Shown: positions 9,414-17,679 of the stretch, piece after piece
Position numbering within the stretch: position 1 is the first letter of the stretch
Layout: each line of letters opens with the position of its first letter
Origin: Candidatus Zixiibacteriota bacterium
GTDB taxonomy: Bacteria; Zixibacteria; MSB-5A5; UBA10806; 4484-95
DNA length: 64,000 bases
Assembly: GCA_037441845.1 (NCBI GenBank)
Contig: JBBIRK010000008.1
Span: forward strand, 1-64,000
Direction of reading: 5' to 3'
Notes under the pieces: generated by a model
Seen by the model: the letters and a program-made list of their open reading frames with translations, nothing else
Told to the model about the DNA's origin: nothing
Databases searched by the model: none
Position numbers and translations under genes: made by a program

Positions 9414-11051
9414 CTAAGCCATCACCGTTGTCCTTTTAGCGCGAGCGCCATCCGTTTTAGGTCCCGCTTTTATCACTTCCGGCGACGCTTCCTTTTCGTA
9501 AGCCTTGAAATTTTCACGGAAAAGCCGCCCGAGTTCAAGAACTTTTTCGTCATAGGCGTTCTTGTCCGCCCAGGTATTGCGCGGATTCATCACCTCAGTC
9601 GGAACTCCGGGGCAGGCCGTGGGCACCTCGAATCCGAATATGGGATCGATTATCGTTGGTACATTGTCGAGTTGCCCGGTGAGAGCGGCTTTCACCATAG
9701 CCCGTGAATAGGCTATTTTGACCCGACTACCGACTCCATACGGTCCGCCGGTCCAACCGGTATTTATCAACCAGCATTTGACTTTCCGGCTACTCAGTCT
9801 TTGCTCCAGCAGTTTGGCGTATTCGAACGGATGCAGAACCATGAATGGGGCGCCATAGCAGGCCGAAAAAGCCGCCTTAGGCTGAGTGCCATCTCCGCTT
9901 TCGGTTCCACCGAGTTTGGCGGTATATCCAGATATGAAATGGTACATCGCTTGGGCCGTGTTGAGGCGGGCCACCAAAGGCATTACTCCGAAAGCATCGC
10001 TGGTAAGAAATACTACGTTCCGGGGATGACCGGCGGTTCCGCCCCGATGGACATTTTTTATATGAGTCAGCGGATAAGCCGCCCGTGTATTCTCGGTCAA
10101 CGAATCATCGTTGAGATCAACCTTTCGGGTATAAGGATCGAAGGCCACGTTTTCGAGTATGGTGCCGAATTTGCGCGTGGTTTCGTAAATATCCGGCTCG
10201 GCCTCGGCAGACAATCTGATGACCTTGGCATAACAGCCGCCTTCGAAATTAAAGATGCCGTCATCGCTCCAACCGTGCTCGTCATCGCCTATCAGGCTGC
10301 GCTCGGGATCAGCGGAAAGCGTGGTCTTGCCGGTTCCGGAAAGTCCGAAAAACAGGGCCACGTGGCCGTCTTTGCCCACATTGGCCGAACAGTGCATCGA
10401 CAAGACGCTGCTTTGCGGGTAAAGATAATTGAGAATCGAAAACACCGATTTCTTTATTTCACCGGCGTAGCTCGTGCCGCCGATTATCACTACCTTGCGG
10501 GCGAGATTGAGGATGATGAACGTCTCGGAATTGGTGCCGTCGAGCGAAGGAAGCGCATGGAAATGCGGCATGTGAATTACGGTAAACTCTGGGTGATGCA
10601 TCTGAAGTTCTTCCGGTTTGGCTTGTATAAAGAGGTTGCGGGCGAAAAGCGAATGCCAGGCGCTCTCGGTAATCACCCTAATCGGCAGACGATATCTCGG
10701 ATCGGCTCCGGCATAGCAATCCTGAATATATAGATCCCTTCCCTGTATGTATGCCAAAAGCCTGTTGAATAGAATCTCGAAATTTCTCTCCGAGATAGGT
10801 TGATTTGACTTCCCCCACCAAACCTTGTTTTTGGAGTCCGGCTGTTCGACGATGAATTTATCCTGAGCGGCTCTTCCGGTATATTGCCCGGTGCGCACGA
10901 CCAGCGGACCGAGGTGGGCGATATGTCCTTCGCGGCGCCGGATCACCTCCTCGTATAAGGCCGGTGTCCCCAGATTCCAAAATGCCTGGCCGTAATTGGT
11001 GATGCCGTGATTTTCCAGGCCGTAGCTGCTCACGTTCTTCTTAGCTTCCAT
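9414..11051 (-). CDS. pckA: Phosphoenolpyruvate carboxykinase (ATP)
   Basis: GLSGTGKTTLS, IGDDEHGW, NFEGGCYAK, TENTRAAYP; start at GGAGG-preceded ATG 11051. Confidence 0.95.
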   Translation of the reverse strand: MEAKKNVSSYGLENHGITNYGQAFWNLGTPALYEEVIRRREGHIAHLGPLVVRTGQYTGRAAQDKFIVEQPDSKNKVWWGKSNQPISERNFEILFNRLLAYIQGRDLYIQDCYAGADPRYRLPIRVITESAWHSLFARNLFIQAKPEELQMHHPEFTVIHMPHFHALPSLDGTNSETFIILNLARKVVIIGGTSYAGEIKKSVFSILNYLYPQSSVLSMHCSANVGKDGHVALFFGLSGTGKTTLSADPERSLIGDDEHGWSDDGIFNFEGGCYAKVIRLSAEAEPDIYETTRKFGTILENVAFDPYTRKVDLNDDSLTENTRAAYPLTHIKNVHRGGTAGHPRNVVFLTSDAFGVMPLVARLNTAQAMYHFISGYTAKLGGTESGDGTQPKAAFSACYGAPFMVLHPFEYAKLLEQRLSSRKVKCWLINTGWTGGPYGVGSRVKIAYSRAMVKAALTGQLDNVPTIIDPIFGFEVPTACPGVPTEVMNPRNTWADKNAYDEKVLELGRLFRENFKAYEKEASPEVIKAGPKTDGARAKRTTVMA

Positions 11052-11184
11052 GTCCGCCTCCGGCTCGTTTTGCAGATGACCATCGATCATCGCAAAAGCT
11101 GCTTCAAGTCATTCTCCTGTATTATATATAAGTTTATATCGGTATGAAATAGATTAGGTTCAACGATAAGACGTCGATTCAAGG

Positions 11185-11215
11185 AAAAAAAAGACCGGAC
11201 AATAGGTCCGGTCTT
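11185..11215 (-). terminator. Rho-independent terminator of the SWIB gene
   Basis: AAGACCGGAC-loop-GTCCGGTCTT stem followed by a T run on the minus strand. Confidence 0.8.
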
Positions 11216-11236
11216 GCGCCGAATTCGCAGGAATGA

Positions 11237-11608
11237 TCAGGACAAGTGCTTATTGACTATTTTGGTCATTTCGAACATGCTGACCTGGGATTTGCCGCCG
11301 AATACTCTTCTCAGTTTGTCATCGGCGTTGATCATGGTTTTTTGCGTCTTATCCTGCAACCCGTTCTTCTTGATATATTCCCAGAGCTTCTTGGTGATCT
11401 GTGTTCTGGGCATCGGTTTGCCGCCAACAATCTCAGCCAGGTCTGCGCTGGGCGTCATCGGCTTCATGAAAGCCGGGTTTGGAGCCCTCTTGATTTTCTT
11501 CTTGGGCGCCTTCTTGGCCACTTTTTTCTTGGCCGGTTTCTTAGTCACTTTTTTCTTGGCTGGTTTTTTCTTGGCGGTTTTTTTTGCCGTTTTCTTTTTC
11601 GCCGGCAT
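11237..11608 (-). CDS. SWIB/MDM2 domain protein with Lys/Ala-rich histone-H1-like N-terminus
   Basis: KKTAKKTAKKKPAKKK repeats, then PSADLAEIVG...RTQITKKLWEYIKKNGLQD...INADDKL...VSMFEM (SWIB). Confidence 0.88.
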   Translation of the reverse strand: MPAKKKTAKKTAKKKPAKKKVTKKPAKKKVAKKAPKKKIKRAPNPAFMKPMTPSADLAEIVGGKPMPRTQITKKLWEYIKKNGLQDKTQKTMINADDKLRRVFGGKSQVSMFEMTKIVNKHLS

Positions 11609-11784
11609 AAGCGTCTCCTGTTTTGGGGTTCAAGGTTAAACAAACCTTACATTTATCTACGCGTCAAATCAGCCACATGTCTCATCGCCCATAGCTTCAC
11701 TTCATGGCTTTGCTGTTGGCGGCAAAAATTATAGGAGTAATCCGGCAGAATTTTCAAACAAAAATTGCAGGTTCCGAAAAAATA

Positions 11785-11962
11785 TTTTTTGCCGTCAGAG
11801 ACGAATATCAGCCTTCGGAAAGGGGGTGAACGCTTTTTCTATGCTTAAAACCCATGCCGAGTGATTCGGCATACCCCCCTTTGAACGGACGGGAACCGGA
11901 TTTTATCCGCGCGGCAACCCGATCAGGCTGAGGCCGTCCCCGTCTATAAACTGCGAAAATGC
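11785..11962 (-). ncRNA. Structured ncRNA candidate, possibly 6S (SsrS)-like
   Basis: Nested long-range inverted repeats: AGACG/CGTCT (11799/11941), TCAGCCT/AGGCTGA (11808/11925), hairpin ATGCCGA/TCGGCAT (11854-11872); minus-strand 3' GACGGCA. Confidence 0.4.
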
Positions 11963-11992
11963 GCTTATTACCCTTTGGATGGCCAGCGCACT

Positions 11993-13516
11993 TTAAATCC
12001 CATAGAGCGGCGCATATTTGCCGCGCAAGTACTCCAACAAATAGCGTGAATTCAGGGGTTCGCCGGTCACTTTTATCACCAGTTCGGCAGCCCGATACCT
12101 TTGCCCGTGCCGATGGATTTTCTCCCGCAGCCAGCCAAGAAGAGCGGCGAATCGCCCGTCGGCGAACTGCTTTTCGAGATCGGGGATTTCCTGCTTGGCT
12201 TTGGCGAAAAATTGGGCGGAGTACAGATTGCCGAGCGTATAGGTGGGGAAATACCCTATTAGACCGGCGCCCCAATGAACATCCTGAAGGCACCCCTGGC
12301 GGTCATCGGGCGGTTCGATACCGAGATATTGTTTGAATTTGTCATTCCACACTGCGGGGATATCGGCGGTCTTGAGATCGCCCGAGAAAATAGCGTGTTC
12401 GATTTCGAATCGGAGCAAAATATGCAAATTATAGGTGGCCTCGTCGGCCTCCACCCTGATAAACGACGGGCGCACCTCGTTGATAGCAAAATAAAACTCT
12501 TCCAACGACACGTCTCTCAGCGACTCGTAAAACAGCTTTTGAATCCAGGGGTAAAAATACTGCCAAAACGCCAGCGACCTGCCTACCACATTCTCCCACA
12601 TCCGGGATTGCGATTCGTGAATCCCCAAAGAGATCGATTCCCCCATAGGAAGCCCGAAATATTTCTTATCCAGGCCTTGATCATATAGAGCATGGCCGGT
12701 TTCGTGCAATATCCCGAAAAACGCCTGGCCGAAATGGTTGGCATTGTAGCGGGTGGTGATACGAGTGTCGCCCGGGCCGATACCGATACAAAACGGATGG
12801 GTGGTCACATCCAGCCTCCCCGAGTCCATATCGAAACCGATGGCAGAGGCGGCCAACTTACCGATAATTTCCTGTTTATCGATAGGGAAACTGCGCTGCA
12901 ATATCTCAGTTTTCGGCCGACGATTCGACTCGGCAATAGCCCGGATCAATTCCACCAGCGGCTTACGCAGATTTTCCAGAACCTTTTTCAGGCTCGCAGC
13001 CGTCTCCCCGGGCTCATAATCATCGAGAAGTGCATCATAGGGCTCGGTGTTATATCCGATCGCCTCGGCATAACGTCGTTTGAGATTTATTATCTTTTCC
13101 AACCACGGAAGGAAAGGAGTCGTGTCCGATTTGCGGCGCGCCTCAACCCAGGCCTGCTCGGCCAGAGTAGTGGTCTTTTCCAGCTCCTCCACCAACGATT
13201 TGGGCACCTTCACCAACTTGTCATACTGCCGTCTTAGTTCGCGCACGTTCACCCTGTCGGGCGAATCGTCCGCCTCAGAGGATACGATATCCTCCGCCTT
13301 TTTCAACAAATCACCGATTTCCGATGCAGTGAATTTTTCGTGCACCATACCCGAGAGCAAGGCTTTCTGTTCAGCACGATGGTTTCCGCCGCCCGTGGGC
13401 ATATATGTCCTCTCGTCCCATTCGAGGACGGCGGCGCAGGAATGCAACAGGCTTATTTCGGTTATTCGACGATACAATTCATCGAGCGATTTCTTGTCAT
13501 TATCCGTATCGGCCAT
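11993..13516 (-). CDS. Carboxypeptidase M32 (Taq family)
   Basis: HPF, ITTRY, HETGHALY, HESQSR, IRVEADE, QDVHW, GYFPTY; start at AGGAG-preceded ATG. Confidence 0.93.
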   Translation of the reverse strand: MADTDNDKKSLDELYRRITEISLLHSCAAVLEWDERTYMPTGGGNHRAEQKALLSGMVHEKFTASEIGDLLKKAEDIVSSEADDSPDRVNVRELRRQYDKLVKVPKSLVEELEKTTTLAEQAWVEARRKSDTTPFLPWLEKIINLKRRYAEAIGYNTEPYDALLDDYEPGETAASLKKVLENLRKPLVELIRAIAESNRRPKTEILQRSFPIDKQEIIGKLAASAIGFDMDSGRLDVTTHPFCIGIGPGDTRITTRYNANHFGQAFFGILHETGHALYDQGLDKKYFGLPMGESISLGIHESQSRMWENVVGRSLAFWQYFYPWIQKLFYESLRDVSLEEFYFAINEVRPSFIRVEADEATYNLHILLRFEIEHAIFSGDLKTADIPAVWNDKFKQYLGIEPPDDRQGCLQDVHWGAGLIGYFPTYTLGNLYSAQFFAKAKQEIPDLEKQFADGRFAALLGWLREKIHRHGQRYRAAELVIKVTGEPLNSRYLLEYLRGKYAPLYGI

Positions 13517-13871
13517 GATCACACTCTCCTTTTCGCCCGGTCGGCGCGGTTTTTCAATTATATACAAATCTTATTATAATGGCAAACGCAAACGGGCCGG
13601 AAAACCAAAGTTGATAAAAATGCAAAAAAATATCCCTTTTCGTATAAAATCGGAGACGAAACGACTTGTGTATTTGTTATTGTATAAGGAAAGTATGTGC
13701 ACAGGTCATATTGTTAAATTTCTGCTATACTCGTTGACATCTCGCCAAAATCGGATAAATTACAAAATAGAATTTAAGCTCCTCTGTCATTAAGGTCGCG
13801 ACAGATGAACGTTAAGGCAACCGACTCGATAATTTGAATATCTTCTAAAATTTTTTGAGGGAGTTTTTGCG

Positions 13872-16800
13872 ATGAGTGAAGCAAAATCACGGACAAGAGT
13901 CGTCTTGACGGCGATGCTGCTGATTCTGGCCTTCTCCGGGGCAATGGCGATGAACCGGGAAGCGGTCGATCTGGCCCGACAATCTTTCCGCGCCGAATAC
14001 CCGCTTGCGGTATTTCATTACGAGGGAGATCAACTGGCACGGATTTACGGGGCCCCGATCGAATTGGGCGGCTCAAGCCCCCTGGAAAGTGCCGAACTTT
14101 TCCGGCAAAGGTATTCGGCGGTCCTCGGATTGACCCCGGACGAACTCGTCCAGGTGAGCGCTTTCAACGACGATCTGCATACTCAACAGGTCATGTATGA
14201 CCAGGAAACCGATCAATATAAATTTACCCTGGTCTATTATTCCCAGCACAAGGGCGGTATCCCGGTTTTCCGGGGCGAGCTGCGCCTGCTTGTCTTGAAT
14301 CAGCCCGGTTTTCCGATCGTTTCCGCTGTCTGCGCCGTGCGCGATCTCGGCTCTTTCGCACCGCAGCAGGCAAGCGCATATGACCCATTGACGGTGCAGA
14401 GAAACTTCATGCCGCAAATACCACAAATGACCCAATTCTCCGATCCCAGATTGGTTATCTGGGCAGGCGTGGAAGACGAGAAGGTGGAGCCGGTCTTAGG
14501 CGTCGAGTTCGTGGCCAGTGACGGTAACACTCCGACGATCGAAAGAAAACGTTATATCATCGATCCGGTTACCCTGTCTGTGCTGTTCGCGGAAAATATC
14601 GTAATCGACGTCGATGTGACCGGCCAGGTCAACGGATTGGCCACCGAAGACTTCAAGTCGGAACAATGCGGCAATGAGGTTTCCACCGGCCTGCCGCATG
14701 CTTATGTCAACATACAGGGCGGCAATTCCGCCTATGCCGATTCCACGGGGGCTTTCGTCATTCCCAACGGCGGCAGCTCACAGGTGACGGTGATTTCCCA
14801 GACCCGCGGCCGCTGGTTCTATACCCAGAATCAAGCCGGCTCGAATTCGCAATTGTCGCTGGCGGTCACGCCGCCAGGACCGGTCAATTTTCTGCACAAC
14901 TCGGCCAATACGGAATACACCCGAGCCGAAGTCAACGGATATTATCACGCCAATGTGGTGCGGGATTTCACGCTGAAATACAATCCGACGTATCCGACGA
15001 TTTACAATCAGACCAACTTCCCGGTCTATGTCAACGACAACACCGGTTATTGCCCGGGCAACGCCTGGTACGACGGCGTTTCGATTACTTTCTGCCGGGC
15101 CAGCGGAAGTTACCCCAATACCGCCTTTTCCACGGTGATTCATCACGAATACGGCCATCATCTGGTGGCCATGGCCGGTTCCGGTCAGGGCCAATACGGA
15201 GAGGGGATGGGGGACGTGATGGGTGTGCTTATCACCGACAATCCCGGTCTGGCCTACGGTTTCACCGGCAATTGCAACACGCCTTTGCGCAATGCCGATA
15301 ATACGATTCAATATCCATGCAGCGACGAGATACACTATTGCGGGCAATTGTTGTCTGGTTGCGTCTGGCACACCCGCAACGCCTTGGCGATCACCAATCC
15401 CACGACATACCGGGATATCATCGCCAATCTGGCTATCAACGCCATGCTGCTGCACACCGGAACGTCGATCACTCCGACTATAACTATCGACTACCTTACG
15501 CTCGACGACAACGATGGCAATATCTATAACGGCACCCCTCACTATTCCGAAATTTGCACCGGTTTCAATGCCCACAATATGGACTGCCCGGCGCTCAACT
15601 TGCTTTCTTTCACTTACCCCAACGGGCGCCCGCCTTTGGTGAACCCCGGGGGCGGCACGACCATCCGGGTTCAAGTCAGCGGTGTAGGCGGCACGCCTCA
15701 GCCTGGGACAGGGAGGCTGTATTATAACGACGGCGGCGGTTGGATCAATGTGCTGATGAATCAGGTTTCGCCGAACGTATATGACGCCGTTTTTCCCGCT
15801 TTCGACTGCGGCGATCAGATTCAGTATTATTTCACGGCCCAAACGACTCAAGGAGCCACCGTATATGACCCGACTACAGCGCCGGGAACCAATTACACCG
15901 CAACCGTGGGAACCGGAATGATAACCCTGTTCGAAGACGATTTCTCGGGCAGCACGGGCTGGACCGGTTTGGGCGGCTCGGGCGAATGGACAATAGGAGC
16001 CGCCACCGGCGGAGCGGGTTCGGACACCCATGGGAATCCCGACCCGGCACAGGACCACAGCCCGACGACTGACAATCGATTGCTGGGAACAGACTTGACA
16101 TCGGGAACCGGCGGAGATTACAGCGCCAACCTGTCGACGACCTATTGGGTGACTTCACCAATAATAAACTGCGCGACCGCCCAAGGAGTGAATCTGGAAT
16201 TCTATCAATGGTTGGGCGTAGAACGTAACCTTTACGACCACGCTTACTTGCAGGTTTACGATGGCGCGACCTGGATAACTATTTTCGAGAATTCATCGAC
16301 GACAATCGACGAAAGTTCGTGGAGCTATAAAAAATACGACGTTTCGGCCTATGCCGACAGCAACGCCAATTTCCGCATAAGATTCGGGATCGGCAGCACC
16401 GATGTCGGCTGGCAGTTCTGCGGCTGGAATATCGATGATATCAAGGTCTATGGTATAGAATGTGATCTGGTGAACGGCACCATTTCCGGCACGGTGCAGT
16501 ATCCGCTTGGGGCGCTGGCGGGTGCGATCGTCACCGCTCAAGATACCTCCGGCGCCGTTTTTGTCGATACCTCGACTGCACCAGGCGGAGCGTATTCGCT
16601 TTCGCTTCCCCCCGGCATCTACGATGTCACTTTCAGGCATATCGATTGTCTGGATACGAGTTTCAACGACATAAATATAAGCGCCGGCGGATTGGTCCCC
16701 ATAAATGTAGTGATGAGATACAGGCCGGGAGCGGTTAAAGGTTTGGTGGTTTCCGAATCCGCCAATCCTATAGCCGGGGTTGTCGTTTCCGCTTTGGGGT

Positions 16801-17270
16801 CGATGAAACAGGACACAACCGGGGCTGACGGCCGCTATCTCCTTGTTGATCTCGCCGTTGACGACTATGACATGACGTTCTACCATCCGAGCTACTTCGA
16901 TACTCTCGTGCCTAATGTCCAAATTACGCCTGGCGATACGACGTTGTTGAATATGACCTTAACCTCAAGGTGCGTTTATGTCTTGGGCGATATAAACGGC
17001 GACGGCAACGTTATCGGCGGCGATGTTACCTACGGCGTGCGCTTCTTCAAAGGCTTAGGCTCACAGCCGCCCGACAGCTGTTACCTCGATTCCTCCGGTC
17101 AATTTCTCTATGTCGCCGGCGACGTCAACGGTAATTGCGAATTCCGGGGATCGGATATCACGAGGTTGGTGGCTTACTTCAAGAGCTTGGCCGATATTGT
17201 CTTCTGCCCGGCTTTGCCGCCGCCGCTCATCAGGCCTGCAATCATGGAAGGCGCGCGGAAGATCGATTGA
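13872..17270 (+). CDS. Secreted gluzincin metallopeptidase (M4/M36-like) with propeptide, MAM-like domain, carboxypeptidase-regulatory-like repeats and dockerin-like tail
   Basis: Signal peptide; YSQHKGGIPV propeptide; NAWY, HEYGH, downstream EGMGD, EIHYCG; GWNIDDI; paired GDINGDG/GDVNGNC tail. Confidence 0.8.
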   Translation: MSEAKSRTRVVLTAMLLILAFSGAMAMNREAVDLARQSFRAEYPLAVFHYEGDQLARIYGAPIELGGSSPLESAELFRQRYSAVLGLTPDELVQVSAFNDDLHTQQVMYDQETDQYKFTLVYYSQHKGGIPVFRGELRLLVLNQPGFPIVSAVCAVRDLGSFAPQQASAYDPLTVQRNFMPQIPQMTQFSDPRLVIWAGVEDEKVEPVLGVEFVASDGNTPTIERKRYIIDPVTLSVLFAENIVIDVDVTGQVNGLATEDFKSEQCGNEVSTGLPHAYVNIQGGNSAYADSTGAFVIPNGGSSQVTVISQTRGRWFYTQNQAGSNSQLSLAVTPPGPVNFLHNSANTEYTRAEVNGYYHANVVRDFTLKYNPTYPTIYNQTNFPVYVNDNTGYCPGNAWYDGVSITFCRASGSYPNTAFSTVIHHEYGHHLVAMAGSGQGQYGEGMGDVMGVLITDNPGLAYGFTGNCNTPLRNADNTIQYPCSDEIHYCGQLLSGCVWHTRNALAITNPTTYRDIIANLAINAMLLHTGTSITPTITIDYLTLDDNDGNIYNGTPHYSEICTGFNAHNMDCPALNLLSFTYPNGRPPLVNPGGGTTIRVQVSGVGGTPQPGTGRLYYNDGGGWINVLMNQVSPNVYDAVFPAFDCGDQIQYYFTAQTTQGATVYDPTTAPGTNYTATVGTGMITLFEDDFSGSTGWTGLGGSGEWTIGAATGGAGSDTHGNPDPAQDHSPTTDNRLLGTDLTSGTGGDYSANLSTTYWVTSPIINCATAQGVNLEFYQWLGVERNLYDHAYLQVYDGATWITIFENSSTTIDESSWSYKKYDVSAYADSNANFRIRFGIGSTDVGWQFCGWNIDDIKVYGIECDLVNGTISGTVQYPLGALAGAIVTAQDTSGAVFVDTSTAPGGAYSLSLPPGIYDVTFRHIDCLDTSFNDINISAGGLVPINVVMRYRPGAVKGLVVSESANPIAGVVVSALGSMKQDTTGADGRYLLVDLAVDDYDMTFYHPSYFDTLVPNVQITPGDTTLLNMTLTSRCVYVLGDINGDGNVIGGDVTYGVRFFKGLGSQPPDSCYLDSSGQFLYVAGDVNGNCEFRGSDITRLVAYFKSLADIVFCPALPPPLIRPAIMEGARKID

Positions 17271-17296
17271 AAAGTCGCCATCATAAATTTTTTATG

Positions 17297-17328
17297 GGCC
17301 GGTCAGGAATTCCGAGACCGGCCTTTTT
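17297..17328 (+). terminator. Rho-independent terminator
   Basis: GGCCGGTC...GACCGGCC followed by TTTTT. Confidence 0.75.
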
Positions 17329-17383
17329 ACCTTCGAGACATGGGTGGGCTCGGCACAATATTTTTTCAGAAAAAAGATAATAA

Positions 17384-17412
17384 TTGACAAAATAATCAAG
17401 GGCGGATATATT
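17384..17412 (+). promoter_or_regulatory. Sigma-70-type promoter for the 1474-aa gene
   Basis: TTGACA-N17-TATATT. Confidence 0.65.
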
Positions 17413-17679
17413 TATTCAGATAGTTTAACCCTTGCGCCGCTACCACTTCCCGGCGGCGAACCGGAACGTTTGACGATGCGGTTGTTATTGTTTAGAAACA
17501 ATATATTTCCAAAGTAAAGAGCTGTTGGCTTAAAATTCTGAAGGGGAAAGGAACAATCAAGAAAAAATCTATCGCGTTTCTCGACCAATCAACCAAGTAA
17601 CTTATTAAAACGGAAATCAGGGAGCAAAGGGGGACTGTTACTGACATACTTCAATCAATCAATTAATTCGGAGGATTGA

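Noticed and set aside
11490..11608. Short DNA repeats resembling a CRISPR or VNTR
   Set aside because: They encode the Lys/Ala-rich protein tail; there is no repeat-spacer structure and no cas genes
11881..11931. Cobalamin or c-di-AMP riboswitch, or SRP RNA
   Set aside because: Only short words (GGGAA, TCAGG) match; the remaining conserved cores are absent
14778..16058. Long antisense ORFs (e.g. 426 aa here; also 4934-5929, 9801-10733, 37332-38375)
   Set aside because: They are shadows of well-supported genes on the opposite strand and show no recognisable motifs
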